A stretch of DNA of 37,539 nucleotides, from NCBI RefSeq assembly GCF_001194135.2, contig NC_068993.1, positions 35,955,079 through 35,992,617 on the forward strand, given 5' to 3'. Source of the stretch: Octopus bimaculoides. Its lineage: Eukaryota. Numbering within the stretch: the first letter of the stretch is position 1; the number at the start of each line of letters is the position of its first letter. The notes beneath the pieces were generated by a model that was not told the origin of the DNA, searched no databases, and was given only the letters and a program-made list of their open reading frames with translations. This document shows positions 1-11,101 of the stretch, in pieces. A program made the position numbers and the translations under genes.

Positions 1-67
<67 letters not shown>
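1..67. repeat. (TG)n microsatellite
   Basis: Uninterrupted TG run at the window start. Confidence 0.98.
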
Positions 68-70
<3 letters not shown>

Positions 71-934
71 GAATATACAGAACATACTAGCAAGGTCGCT
101 TGCTGTGATATACTGAGGAAACATTTATAGAATTGATTTGCTTCTTGCAAGATGTTGCATGAACACGACTAATGATAGTTAATCAACGAACTTTATTCAT
201 TCTCTCAATTATGTATAAAACTTTATTAAATTTCAATCTTCGCTTATTTCGAAAATATGCAAACTTAAATCATACGATATATAATCATGCAACTATCTCC
301 AACTTCCTAAAATCATTGGCCTTCGACAAAATTTGAAACCGTAATAATTACTATTATGATAATACTGTTTATTGTGAAATTACCATCCAGTCTTTAAGGG
401 TAGCAAAGATGATGATATGCTACGCAGTAATTACTAGCGTAGGTCAATGACTGAATACAAATCTTGCCAGTTATATTTAACATTGTGGTTTATTCCACCG
501 TTGGTCTGCAGGAAATATCTATTATATTCAGTTCTATAGACAACAGCTACTCCAACATATCATCTGTGTATGTATGGATGTGTGTGTCCATTGGTACAAA
601 TACGCAATAGGAATTTGTTAAGAGATCACCCGCTAACCGGATGCGCCAAAACCCAAGTAACGTAGTGGGTAGAGAGAACAACAGGACTTTTCGCTTAAGG
701 TAAAGGGTAGATGTACTGAAGTAGAATATCGTTATGCAAGTAGTAAATACATATTTTATCACCAGACACACAGGACAGGGCATCCTGTTATGATACCTTG
801 CTTCTCTACCAGACTTTCTGACATAAACACAAACTGAAATTTTTTGAAGGAAAATTATAATAGAATTTTTGAATCCCAATATTTCACTAGCAAATTTTTT
901 ATTGATTTCGGCAAATGACAAATTGTTTGGGCAT

Positions 935-1045
935 CGTACGAAATGTCTTGCAATATATATTACAGTACTATACGTTCTGAGTTCAAATCCCGCTGAGGTC
1001 AAATTTGCCTTTCGTACTTCCAGGGGCGATAAGTAAAGTACTTTT
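935..1045 (+). mobile_element. Degenerate tRNA-derived SINE, family A
   Basis: TACGTTCTGAGTTCAAATCCCGCTGAGGTC...TTTGCCTTTC matches the B-box region of the full copy at 35928-36126. Confidence 0.75.
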
Positions 1046-1621
1046 ATGGAGGAAAGAATACAGTGGACTGGGATAGCATGACAGCATTGGATGGACTGCA
1101 TTGTGGGATTTATTCTGATTTATTGCATTCCGAGATCAAATTCCGACGTAGCTTATATGGGTGGTAGAATTAATCAGTTGTCCAGTTTCACACCATCGCC
1201 TTGGCAACCATTGGCAGAGACCAATCTGCTGCAGCGATTCGGGCCAGCCTTCAGGTTTGGGTCACTAGTTTCAGAAGCCCTGTAAAGAGCCATGGGCACT
1301 GCCTTCTCCTGTTTAAATATCAAAAATATATTCATACCCTAAGACAACTTAATTAAATACCACAAGCACTCTACTGCTAATACCCGCCCTCACTTTCAGG
1401 GTAATCTGTAGTAGTAGTAATGGTTATTAATATAAGCAACATCGAAACGAATTATTAGATGGGTTTGATCAACGCCAGTACAGTTTGCAAGCAAATAGCC
1501 CTGACTTTCGGTGACATTTCAGTCCCTATGCAGAAACTGAACCCTGAATGCTAATAGCCGGAACAGATACCAGAGGATATCTTGTCAGATACTCTGACAA
1601 TTCCGTGAATTCGGAAGTTTT

Positions 1622-1750
1622 GCATTTTATTCATCGATCCCGAAAGATTGAAAGACTCAGTTGACTTCGATGAGATTTAAACTCAGGGAATAAAAAAAGA
1701 CGGAGCAAAAGGCATTCCATCCGACTCTCTGACGCGTCTACTAGCTCACA
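1622..1750 (-). mobile_element. Degenerate SINE family A
   Basis: Reverse complement aligns to the family A head and body (ATCGATCCCGAAAG...TTGACTTCGATGAGATTTAAACTCAG). Confidence 0.7.
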
Positions 1751-2555
1751 TACAAACCTGTGTATGTGTAAAGGTTCGTTGTATGTAAACAAAAATAAAA
1801 ACAAAAATTAAAAGCAGTTTATTTAACCCTTCTGATACCAACCTGCCAGAAACCATCCCTGATTCTATCATGCAAACTTTCGGGTTTAAGGTAATTTAAA
1901 AACTTATATGAAAATAATTCATGCTAATTTATATTCCAAACTCTGACTTAATAGTGACAAAATTATTTTACTAAATCCTTCGGCGTTTTCAAAATTTTGT
2001 GTGGTCAAAGTCAGTGTATTTTGACACAAATAAGGTAACAGAAAAGTTAAACATTTTAACAAAACACATAGCAAAAAATATTTTCTATGCTTTTCAGTTT
2101 CAAGCAAAGACTAGTTAAGAATAGACTGTATTGTTGTTCATTTTTTGTTCACATTTGTTCAGCCAGTCACTTAAGAAACGCAAGTTTTCCTTTGAAATGT
2201 TTATTGGAATCAGTAGCTACCACGTAAATGAAAATTTCAAGAATCGATTGAGGAGATACAAATGTACTAAACGTTCATTCTTAACGGATTTAAAAATCTC
2301 ACGTGTATTTAATGCACGGCTCCATGCTCAACCGTAGTACGAATCCCATTATTTGTATAGGATTAGATTCTCCCGAGCAAAGCGCAACAATAAATACTCT
2401 TCAGATTGTATTCCATTTTCTCCACTTCAAGTCCTTCCCTCGCCAAAATGATTCGCTTTGCTAGCGCCGCGTACTTTTTACCAAATGTTTCCTATATCTC
2501 TTAATACGTTCCATATGATTACACACAGACACACATACGAACACCCACGCATATA

Positions 2556-2693
2556 CATGTGTGTGTGTATATGTGTATTTTGTGTGTGTGTGTGTGTGCG
2601 TGCGCGCGTGTCTATACATATATATACACTGAAAGTAATTTATATGTAAGCATGAGAGAAGTGATATTGAGAAGCAAATAGCTCGATCGATCG

Positions 2694-2751
<58 letters not shown>

Positions 2752-2876
2752 ATATATATATATATATTCATATCGACATAAATTTTAGTGCACATTCACA
2801 CACATACATACATAAATAAATATATCAATAAATAAATATATTATTATATAAATATACATACGCATTTTTATATAAT

Positions 2877-2926
<50 letters not shown>
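2556..2926. repeat. Compound (TG)n/(TA)n/(TG)n microsatellites
   Basis: TG runs near 2560-2605 and 2880-2926; TA run near 2696-2770. Confidence 0.95.
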
Positions 2927-2929
<3 letters not shown>

Positions 2930-3195
2930 GAAAGTGCGAATGTCTAAGTATGTGTGCACAAATCCTTAGGTATGTAAATAAATCGATAGGATATTGTGAG
3001 TGAGTACAGTAAGTATAAGAAGACACTCCCTCCGCAAGTAACTGTAAAATTATTCCTCGCTTGTTCTCTCTGAGAGCTCATGTACTAAACAGGTTTTAAG
3101 GAGTTAGAAAACGCCTTCCAGCTATTAGATCATGAATGCAAATATTCAGTATTTTATTTTTGTTTTTTTCCTTTCTCTTTCTTTTCTTCTTGCAG

Positions 3196-3375
3196 ATGTG
3201 TCAGAAGCAGATAAGAGATTTGCAAGAAGCAATACCTTAACAAACCATTGATCTCTTCTCTGTTCATAGCAAATAAACGGAAAACTTTTGTTAAACAAAT
3301 AAAGCGTTCCCAAACCAGTAGCCGTTATTTACATTACGTGCAAAACCCTGGAATCATGATTTACCAACTAATAAA
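3196..3375 (+). other. Candidate terminal exon of an upstream + strand gene
   Basis: Long polypyrimidine tract ending TTCTTCTTGCAG at 3195. Frames give MCQKQIRDLQEAIP* (stop 3238-3240) or xVSEADKRFARSNTLTNH* (stop 3249-3251). AATAAA at 3272, 3298 and 3370; no strong donor follows. Confidence 0.4.
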
Positions 3376-3476
3376 GAGGCTGATGAGTGAAGCTTGTGCG
3401 TGGGGTTGGGATGAAAAGATGAAGGTCGTGGGTATAACAAAGAGAGACAAGTTATAAAATATAGATTAAGCAAACA

Positions 3477-3477
3477 G

Positions 3478-3553
<76 letters not shown>

Positions 3554-3610
3554 GTGTGTGTGCGTGTGTGTGTGTGTATGTGTTCCTCTGTGTGTGTGTG
3601 TGTGTGCGTG
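3477..3610. repeat. (TG)n microsatellite
   Basis: TG run with TGCG interruptions. Confidence 0.95.
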
Positions 3611-3922
3611 TTTATAGCGGTGGTGGTGGGGCACATGCGTGTTAAGTACGATCGGAAATGAAATTACTCCTGCTCTGAATATTTATTAAGTTATAATTTC
3701 GCAAAACAAAGAGAAACTGAGTGAAAACATGACATGATTTATAGTAAGAAGGTCGATGAGTCGTGTTATTGCATACACCTAGTTTGTTTGTTTGTTTTTC
3801 TGATTTTTGTTTTTTGTTTTTTGTTTTTGCTTTTGTTTTAACTGTTATATATGATGGCAGGGCACTGCCCCATAATTTTGTATATGTTCCGAGTCTTGGT
3901 GTCCTTAATGTTCCGCTTAAAG

Positions 3923-4275
3923 CAGTGGTTCACAACCGGGCTCCGTATGTACCCTGAGAGTTCATATAAAATTTTGAAGGGCCAACACTAGCAAAATAAC
4001 AAATGGGGGTTCACAGTAGTAATTTAAGGATCCATAGAAAAATTTTGCATTTGATGTATTTATTGCAAGAAACAGCTCAGTTGTTCTCTCTAATGTTTTA
4101 TGAAGTTCAACCTATACGAGTTAATGTGTGAAGAACAAAATAGGAATTTTGAAAGAAGTATGTATAAAACTATATATATAAAACTACCGTTTAAACATCC
4201 AGTGGCTCTGAGGGGTCCACCAGGATAAAATTGTAATCAAAGGGGTCCATGGGTAAAAATGGTCGAGGACCACTG
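3923..4275. mobile_element. hAT (Charlie-like) non-autonomous MITE
   Basis: TIRs CAGTGGTTCACAACC (3923-3937) and GGTCGAGGACCACTG (4261-4275), 12/15 match; repeated GGGGTCCA-like subterminal motifs; no 8-bp TSD preserved. Confidence 0.75.
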
Positions 4276-4935
4276 GCAAGTCAAAACCTGCACAAGTTAA
4301 AACCTGGACTAAAGACATCAGTGGAAGATGATTCCAAAGGACTGATATTCTGGAAGAAAGAACTGTGCCAAGTGATTAGTGCATGCCCGAACGTTAACGT
4401 TGTAACACAATAAGGGTGACAAGAGACGAAGAGGTTAGTAGGTCGGGAATGCGTGTACGGAGGAGGTACGAGACAAACCAGCTCCGAGGAACAGAATTTA
4501 TTGCAGATGCGACAGAAAGTCAGAAAGAAAGGATAACCATTACTTACAATTATTCAGTCATAGTTTGAATAGTTCTGGCAGCTCGACAACGAGATTTCAG
4601 GCGAGATTTGGTGCAGTAGTACATAGTACCAAGACAAAAGGTTAACTAAATCGGTAGAGGAAAGAGCAATCATTCAGGCACTGTAATATTAGTTGCTTAC
4701 CTTGTGTTGTATGTCATTACTAACCGGTCGCATCATTGCTTCCCTTCACTCACTTAATTAATCCTTTGTCTTTGTGCCATGTATCATCGCAAGAAATTTC
4801 GTCTACTATTTTGTTCGTACTCACGTCTTATAAGATGGCCGAGCTTCCACTAATATTAAAGCTACGATTGAATAATAGCGAATTTATGCGCATAAAACTT
4901 TTGGTATTGTATTAACAGCATACTATTGTTAAAAG

Positions 4936-4936
<1 letters not shown>

Positions 4937-5008
<72 letters not shown>
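4937..5008. repeat. (GATA)n microsatellite
   Basis: Pure GATA run. Confidence 0.97.
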
Positions 5009-5010
<2 letters not shown>

Positions 5011-5284
5011 TTGCAATGGCCCAATGTAAGAAACTATAGTTTGATAAATTTACAGTGTCAACATAGATATAAGACAATTTACAATGAATCAATGCACGTA
5101 GTTGTAAGTTAATACTTATAAATTGATAGTCTTCACCCAGCCTACTCTTGCATACGATTATAAGACTGTATGATTGTTGATAGTGTTAACAGCTTGCACT
5201 ACTGAATTTAACTTACTTTAAAGATGAAGAAATGCTTTTCAAACGGAATGTTTAGCATATGTGTAGAATGAAATACACAAATCG

Positions 5285-5490
5285 ATGAGGGAGTCTCAAT
5301 GCAGTCACTAGAAATAAGAGCCTAATCCCCTTGAATCACATTCCACTCTCTTAAAAAGGAACTGAACACAGTACTCATGTAGTCCTAGATACACTGTATC
5401 TGACAAAAAGACAAATGGATCACTACGTTAATACCTTTGATTTACACAAACAGGAATTACCGAGGTTTAAATAGCAACAACAAAAACAAC
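5285..5490 (+). mobile_element. SINE/LINE-tail-like repeat family C with (CAA)n tail
   Basis: Shares CTCTCTTAAAAA, ATGTAGTCCTAGATACAC and ACCTTTGAT blocks with copies near 9570, 22065 and 26050; ends in CAACAACAA. Confidence 0.6.
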
Positions 5491-5906
5491 ACAATAGTAA
5501 CATAATGAAACAGAAACTAACCTTTTGGACTAGTTCTTCCATCGACGAAGAAAAGATCAAGGGACTTGCTCGAAACATTAAAATCCACTTTATCACGATG
5601 CAACCACATTAGTTATCACCTAGCAAATAACTTAAATTATATTTTTAAATGCCTATTCTTATTCTTATACTTAAGTCGTTTTTAGCCAACCACTTATAAT
5701 GACTATCCATATTATCAAAAACAAAATATTTTGTATTTAAAGCCGTGCCTACTGCAAAATGTTTATGGAAATGAATATGTAAATAAATAAAACTGAAGCC
5801 AAAACTTGTCTCTTTAGAGTGCTTTATCAGTGGGAATATCTCATCTTTGTTCTATTGCAGAATGGGAGAAAACACTACTGAATCCAAACTGCAAGAGAAG
5901 AATGTA

Positions 5907-7003
5907 CGAGGCGAGTTCAAAAAGTATTAAACTTTGATTTTTCCTACCAAAACTAATGCCGTGAATGGAAAATCCTTTAGATGGGAGATGACGCCACCCT
6001 TTCTGCGCATGTGTGAAAACTTTCGCGCCGGTAGGTCGTGTAAGTTTCCGACTGTTGCGCCGAGAGTACAGATATGTTGTGCGCGCTCGTCGAATTTTGG
6101 TTTTCATGCAAGATGATTGAACACATTGAGTAGAGATATTGCATCAAGTTTTGCCAAAAGCTTATGATACTCAATCTCAAACTATCCAGAAGATTCGGTA
6201 GGCCTTTGGGGATGATGTTATGGAGAGTGTCAGCAAAATTCGTCCCCAAAATGTTGATGGAGCAACAGACACAACTCCGCAGGAAAATCGCTCAGGACAT
6301 ACTGGACTGTGCAAACCACGACCCAGATTTCATGAAGAACATCATCACAGTTGATGGGACAGGTTTATAGTTACGGCCCGAAAACCAAATTCCAGTCCTC
6401 CCAATGGATGCATCCGTCATCACTGAGGTCCAAAAAAGCACGACAGGTACGCAGCAATGTGAAGTTAATGTTAACTTGTTTCTTTGACTCCTGTAGTATA
6501 GTGCATCATGAGTACACACCGCAAGACCAAACAATCAACAAGGAATACTTCCTGGAGGTTATACGACACCTTTGTGATGCTGTGCGTCGAAAGTGACCGG
6601 ACGTGTGGACGGCGAAGGATTGACAACTTCACCACGACAATGCGCGTGCTCATTCCGCCACATAATCCAAGATTTCCTGCTGAAGAACAACACACCACTT
6701 GTTCCACAAGGTCCCTACAGCTCCAACTTGGCATCGTGTGACTTCTGGTTCTTCCCCAATCTGAAAACCCTTCTAAAATGGAACTGATTTGAGCAAATTA
6801 TGACAAAATTAACGGCAGAACTCCATAGTTTTCCAGGGACAGCGTTCTAGAGGTGTTACCAGAAGTGGCAGAACCGCTAGGAGCAGTGTATGAACTCCTA
6901 AGAGAAGTATTTTGAAGGTGTTTAGATGAAATTTGTGAAAATGTACAAAATTGTTTGTTTTTTTTTTATGCCCAAAGATTGGATATTTCGTGAAAGCGCC
7001 TCA
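5907..7003 (+). mobile_element. Mariner (Tc1/mariner, irritans-like) DNA transposon, internally deleted
   Basis: TA at 5905-5906 and 7004-7005 (TSD); imperfect ~30-bp TIRs (CGAGGCGAGTTCAAAAAGTATTAAACTTTG vs rc TGAGGCGCTTTCACGAAATATCCAATCTTTG); decayed transposase inside. Confidence 0.93.
6113..6925 (+). pseudogene. Mariner transposase pseudogene (D,D34D)
   Basis: Stitched frames give RYCIKFCQKL, RVSAKFVPK, ITVDGT (ITGDET), HHDNARAH, PYSSNLASCDFWFFPNLK and YFEGV*; several stops and frameshifts. Confidence 0.92.
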
Positions 7004-7854
7004 TAGTTCTATTATGTAGACGAAGATAGCTCCGTTATGTTAGACAAACACGCTACTAGCAAAACCACGTAGCTGCGGAGGAAATTTAATCTCGTACTAG
7101 AGGAAAACATTTAATCTCACATTAATTCTAAATGTTTAATCGATATCATCAATGTAGCCTGAAATATCGGAATAAAATAAGCAGCTGGAAAGCTTGTTCG
7201 ATTCCTCGTGTCATCTGATAGATAATTTTGGTTGTAGCTCCGATAATGCATGAAATATTGTAAAAACAACAACCTGAGGGAATAATCCATGTCTTGAAGT
7301 TTCTAATCTGACATTTTTGTTCGGTTCTTGTTTTTATTTGGTTTATTTTTATATGTTCTAAGGAATTCAAATATATCGTCTGTCAGATTTGTGGGTTTCG
7401 GAAGAATTCATGCGGAATTATGTGACTTAAGCCGAAGAGAAAACATAAGCAATACATCAGCGCCACTGACAGCGTTTTTATTCTTCCCATCATGTGTTTT
7501 ATACTGATTAAGTGAACCTTATTCAATATCCACAATATCATTTGTTATTGTTGCGTTGTTATTTAACACTAGGTCAGCCTTTCTATGACCATTCTCGTCT
7601 TTTAAATATATTGTTTTTATTACATTATCTAATGTGGCCTTTCATAATTTGAAAAAATATTTAAGAGACTAGAGTGAGATTTGTAAGGGAATTTCGGAGA
7701 TCATTTATAGCAGGTGGAATGATCAAGTAAAAGCACTATTATTGGCTTAATATCCACATTTGATGGTGTTGTTGTTGTTGTTTTTATTTTGCTCCTAGTC
7801 AGCTTATAGAGAAAGGCATTCACTGTATCACTATCATATGTATATAACAGCGAT

Positions 7855-8060
7855 ATCAAATTTTTGCACAAGGCCAGCAATTTCGGAAGAGGTGGTAAGT
7901 CGATGACATCGATCAAGGTTCTCAACTGGTGTTTGTTTTATCGACCCAGAAAGGATGAAAATCAGTCGACCTCGGCAAATTTGAACTCAGAACGGAAGAC
8001 GGACGAAACGCCGCTAAGCATCTTGTCTGTACCTCTAATGATTCTGCCAGCTCGCCGCCC
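7855..8060 (-). mobile_element. Near full-length SINE family A
   Basis: Reverse complement starts GGCGGCGAGCTGGCAGAATC, has B-box GAGTTCAAATT and ends GGCCTTGTGC. Confidence 0.9.
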
Positions 8061-8129
8061 TAATATGTATATAATATTATACAATAATGTTATACATATA
8101 TGTGTGCGTACATGCGTGGATATATATAT

Positions 8130-8333
8130 ATGCCTGTCCGGCATTCGCCATAATAGATCGCTAGCCACTACACATTCTTTATTTTCTCTCCTTGTTTCTG
8201 TCTATGTTACTTTCTGTGGAAGAGCGTAGGCTCGAAACGCTAAAGACTGTTTCACTTCCCGAGCGTTAAACTAATACATCTGTTTGTTGTCTACACCACC
8301 TGTCTTCGTCTTTTGGTTTTTTTTAATTCTCCC

Positions 8334-8337
<4 letters not shown>
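8130..8337 (+). mobile_element. Penelope-like element terminal remnant (tentative)
   Basis: Pyrimidine-rich tail with a GGAAGAGC-GTAG-GCTC-GAAAC hammerhead-like core of the kind found in Penelope pseudo-LTRs; family call is inference. Confidence 0.45.

Positions 8338-8375
<38 letters not shown>
8337..8375. repeat. (CA)n microsatellite
   Basis: Pure CA run. Confidence 0.97.
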
Positions 8376-8378
<3 letters not shown>

Positions 8379-8439
8379 CGAGAAAGAGATAGGGTACGAT
8401 GTAAAAGATAGTAAGCAATACAAGAACAAACTTTGACGA

Positions 8440-9110
8440 ATATGGCATTGTTTAAATTTAATGCTTCAAGGAAAGAGAGTACATCAACATTTCGGACGTT
8501 AGTTTATCATATAAAAAGACGAAAGAAAAAGAAAGCCATAGAGAGAGTGAAAAACAAAACAGAAAGTAGATAAAAATAAAACTAGGGAGTGTAGGATAAA
8601 GGTGAAGGTTTAAAAAACCAATGGGAAATGCTGATCTACGGGAGGAATAAAAAAAAGAGAGGAAGGGTTAGGTGTACCGATGTATATGGTTGAGTGCAAG
8701 TGTAGAAGTATGGTGGCGTTAGCTAGTGGGAGGATGTTAGTTGAGTTGTGTGGAAGTGTGTATGTAAGAATATGAGACCGAGTGGGGAAGGACAGACACA
8801 TGGGGTGGCAAGAGCAAAGTGGAAAGTGTTAAGTGAACAAAAGTGCATAATCAAAAGCAAAAAAGGGCAAGAAAGATAAAACGTCGTAGAAATTGGTAAA
8901 GAGTCCAGATGATGACAAAAATTATCCGAGAATATAGTACCATCCAAGAACATTAAATAACGCAAATGAAAGTGAAAAGAAAGATGGTGTAACACACGTG
9001 CTGCAGAGAAAATGGAAAATGGCTGACGGAAGAGCGAGAGAGCAACAAAAATGGTCTCTTTTAAGAACATCATATCTTTTATCTCTCTGTTGGCAGAAAA
9101 AGAGCAATCG
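8440..9110 (-). mobile_element. Old Penelope-like remnant (tentative)
   Basis: Minus strand is C/T-rich with a TGATAAACTAACGTCCGAAATGTTG motif (8485-8512) resembling a decayed CTGATGA...CGAAAC core. Confidence 0.3.
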
Positions 9111-9463
9111 CTCTGATTATCTTCTACTTTTCTTAAACATCAAATTTAGTTATGTTCTTGTTTGTATACACAAGAAATAGATACGAATTTTTCAGTGGAA
9201 AAAGTGTATGTAAGCTTTCTCCGCCGGAGCCCCAAACTCATTTCGCTGATCCCTTAAAACTTATGGTAGCTCACCACAGTCTTCTAGGCTATAATTATCC
9301 AACATTTTATTTTTCGTACCATACATTTAATTCGTGTTTCTGTCAACAGAATCTTACTCTTGAGTGTTTCACTACACTTGTTGCAGTACAAATATGTGTG
9401 TATGCGCGCGCGTGTATTCATATACATATATATATATATATATATACAGCCGAGGATACTCAC

Positions 9464-9521
9464 CTCGTTTGGATGGATTCATTAACTATTTAGCTTTAGA
9501 TAGAGCTATGTAGCCTCATTC
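9464..9521 (-). other. Candidate 58-nt non-coding exon
   Basis: Minus strand: branch-like CTAAC, acceptor TTACTTACAG, donor GAG|GTGAGTAT; stops in all three frames. Confidence 0.35.
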
Positions 9522-9569
9522 CTGTAAGTAATACCTGTTAGCTTTCAGTGATGTGCTCAAACCCGACTA

Positions 9570-9795
9570 TAAGTGATTTCTTGGCTACATGATATCTTCA
9601 CGTGACAGCTCGAGCTGCAACTCATAGCTACTAATTTTTCCTCAATGCAACTGCACTCTGCTCTCTTAAAAATGGATGGACGAATAATCGTGCCTTGGAT
9701 ACAATAATGCGGAAAAAATTACGGGTTGGTTGAAGATGGAACACCTTTGATCATAGTTTTGCTCGATAATGGCTGGCCTAGTGCTAAACAAGCAA
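9570..9795 (+). mobile_element. Repeat family C, degenerate copy
   Basis: Aligns to 5285-5490 (CTCTCTTAAAAA, GCCTTGGATACAA, ACCTTTGATC). Confidence 0.55.
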
Positions 9796-10959
9796 CTAAC
9801 CACATAAAAACGAAATCTTCATATTGTGCATCTACCATGCAATGTTTTATTTGACTGAAATCATATACGTAATGTTACGTAATTTCATTCACATGCATAA
9901 TAAAACGCCTTCAATCAACTTCTTCAAGAAAAATATCTTCAAAACTGCCAATTCTAAATTTTTCATGCTCTACTGACTGTTGCAATTACAATAAAAAAAT
10001 ATTCTATTTCGCCAAACATGGCTGCGCAAATATATTTGGCTTTCAACATGAAAGATGGCTTTGAGTTTTGAAAGAAATATAGCATCAATGCCAGGTACTG
10101 TACGTACAACCATATATGCGAATGTTTGCATATTCCTCTTTTTTATTTGTATATCAAATTAACTTATTTTCTTAATTATAAATTCTTATCGATTTTTTTA
10201 TAGCATGGAATTCACTTGTAAAACAACATATAAACGATAGAGACAAACCTAAATTCAACTCCATCGTGTATTTAGTCTGTCTGAGTCTGAGAAATTACAA
10301 GGATGCTACAAATTAGACATTGTTTAATAAACCAGAATTGGAAGTAATAACAATAAAGTGATATTGAATATTGTGTTTAGACAGAATTGAACGAGAAAAA
10401 TATTCAAATGTTTAATCTCAAAAACAAATGGAAGTTAATAATAATTGGTGTAGAGAAGCTGTCTATGGCCATCATTTCGTCACGGGGGAACTGTTAAAGA
10501 ATTTGAATATGAATTATTAGAAACATCATTCATCTAGAGAAAAATTTGATCGTGTTTTCCATTGTAGTTTCTTACAAAGAAAGATTGGTAATATATGACC
10601 CTTGGGAAGACAATAGCTAAGGATGTACAGGATCTCATTGGGTGTTGAGTTTTCTAAATAGGTTTCAATTTCAATTTCTGCCCATAGATTTGTTCATTAC
10701 AATAATCACTAATACTAGTGGAAAACACATCAAAACCAGACATGCACATTTAGCTTCATCTACGTAGTTAAGTAACATATTTCAGTACAATCGGACAGCT
10801 GGTCTTAAGATTAAGCTTTCTCTTGCACGGCACGATGTCTCAGCTCAAGACACTTAACTCACGTAGGCTTGGGTCCTTTAAGTGTTAACATCTAGAAAAG
10901 AAAGCAGAATAGACCTTTTAAATGCTGAGGGTTTTGTGTAGAGTAGCAATATAACTAGC

Positions 10960-11100
10960 TGCCGCTGTCTGAACGTGGTATGTTTGTGACACCTAGTTAA
11001 AACATTATTTCTGTCCTGTCATTGACATTGCATTTTTGACCCACCTAACCCAGTCCACCTAGCTGTAAATAGGTATCATGAAATTTTTACCGCAAGGACC
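10960..11100 (+). mobile_element. CORE-like SINE remnant
   Basis: CAGTCCACCTAGCTGTAAATAGGTA resembles the CACTCAGCTGGCAAAAATG block of family D and the CORE 3' block. Confidence 0.35.
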
Positions 11101-11101
11101 G

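Noticed and set aside
547-1101. Longest gap-free ORF (184 aa, minus)
   Set aside because: Its N-terminal part is antisense SINE sequence, it has no recognisable domain and no convincing splice context.
1170-1310. GC-rich patch with a minus-strand acceptor at 1309-1310
   Set aside because: All frames stop within 45 codons and no peptide is recognisable.
1582-1600. TTGTCAGA-TAC-TCTGACAA hairpin
   Set aside because: An 8-bp stem is expected by chance in 37 kb of AT-rich DNA.
4401-4700. Possible solo LTR (minus strand ends TGTTACA, AATAAA ~95 nt before the end)
   Set aside because: No matching other end or TSD could be found.
5861-5906. Acceptor plus ATG (MGENTTESKLQEKNV) interrupted by the mariner
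   Set aside because: The reconstructed empty site stops after 22 codons, so there is no evidence of a disrupted gene.
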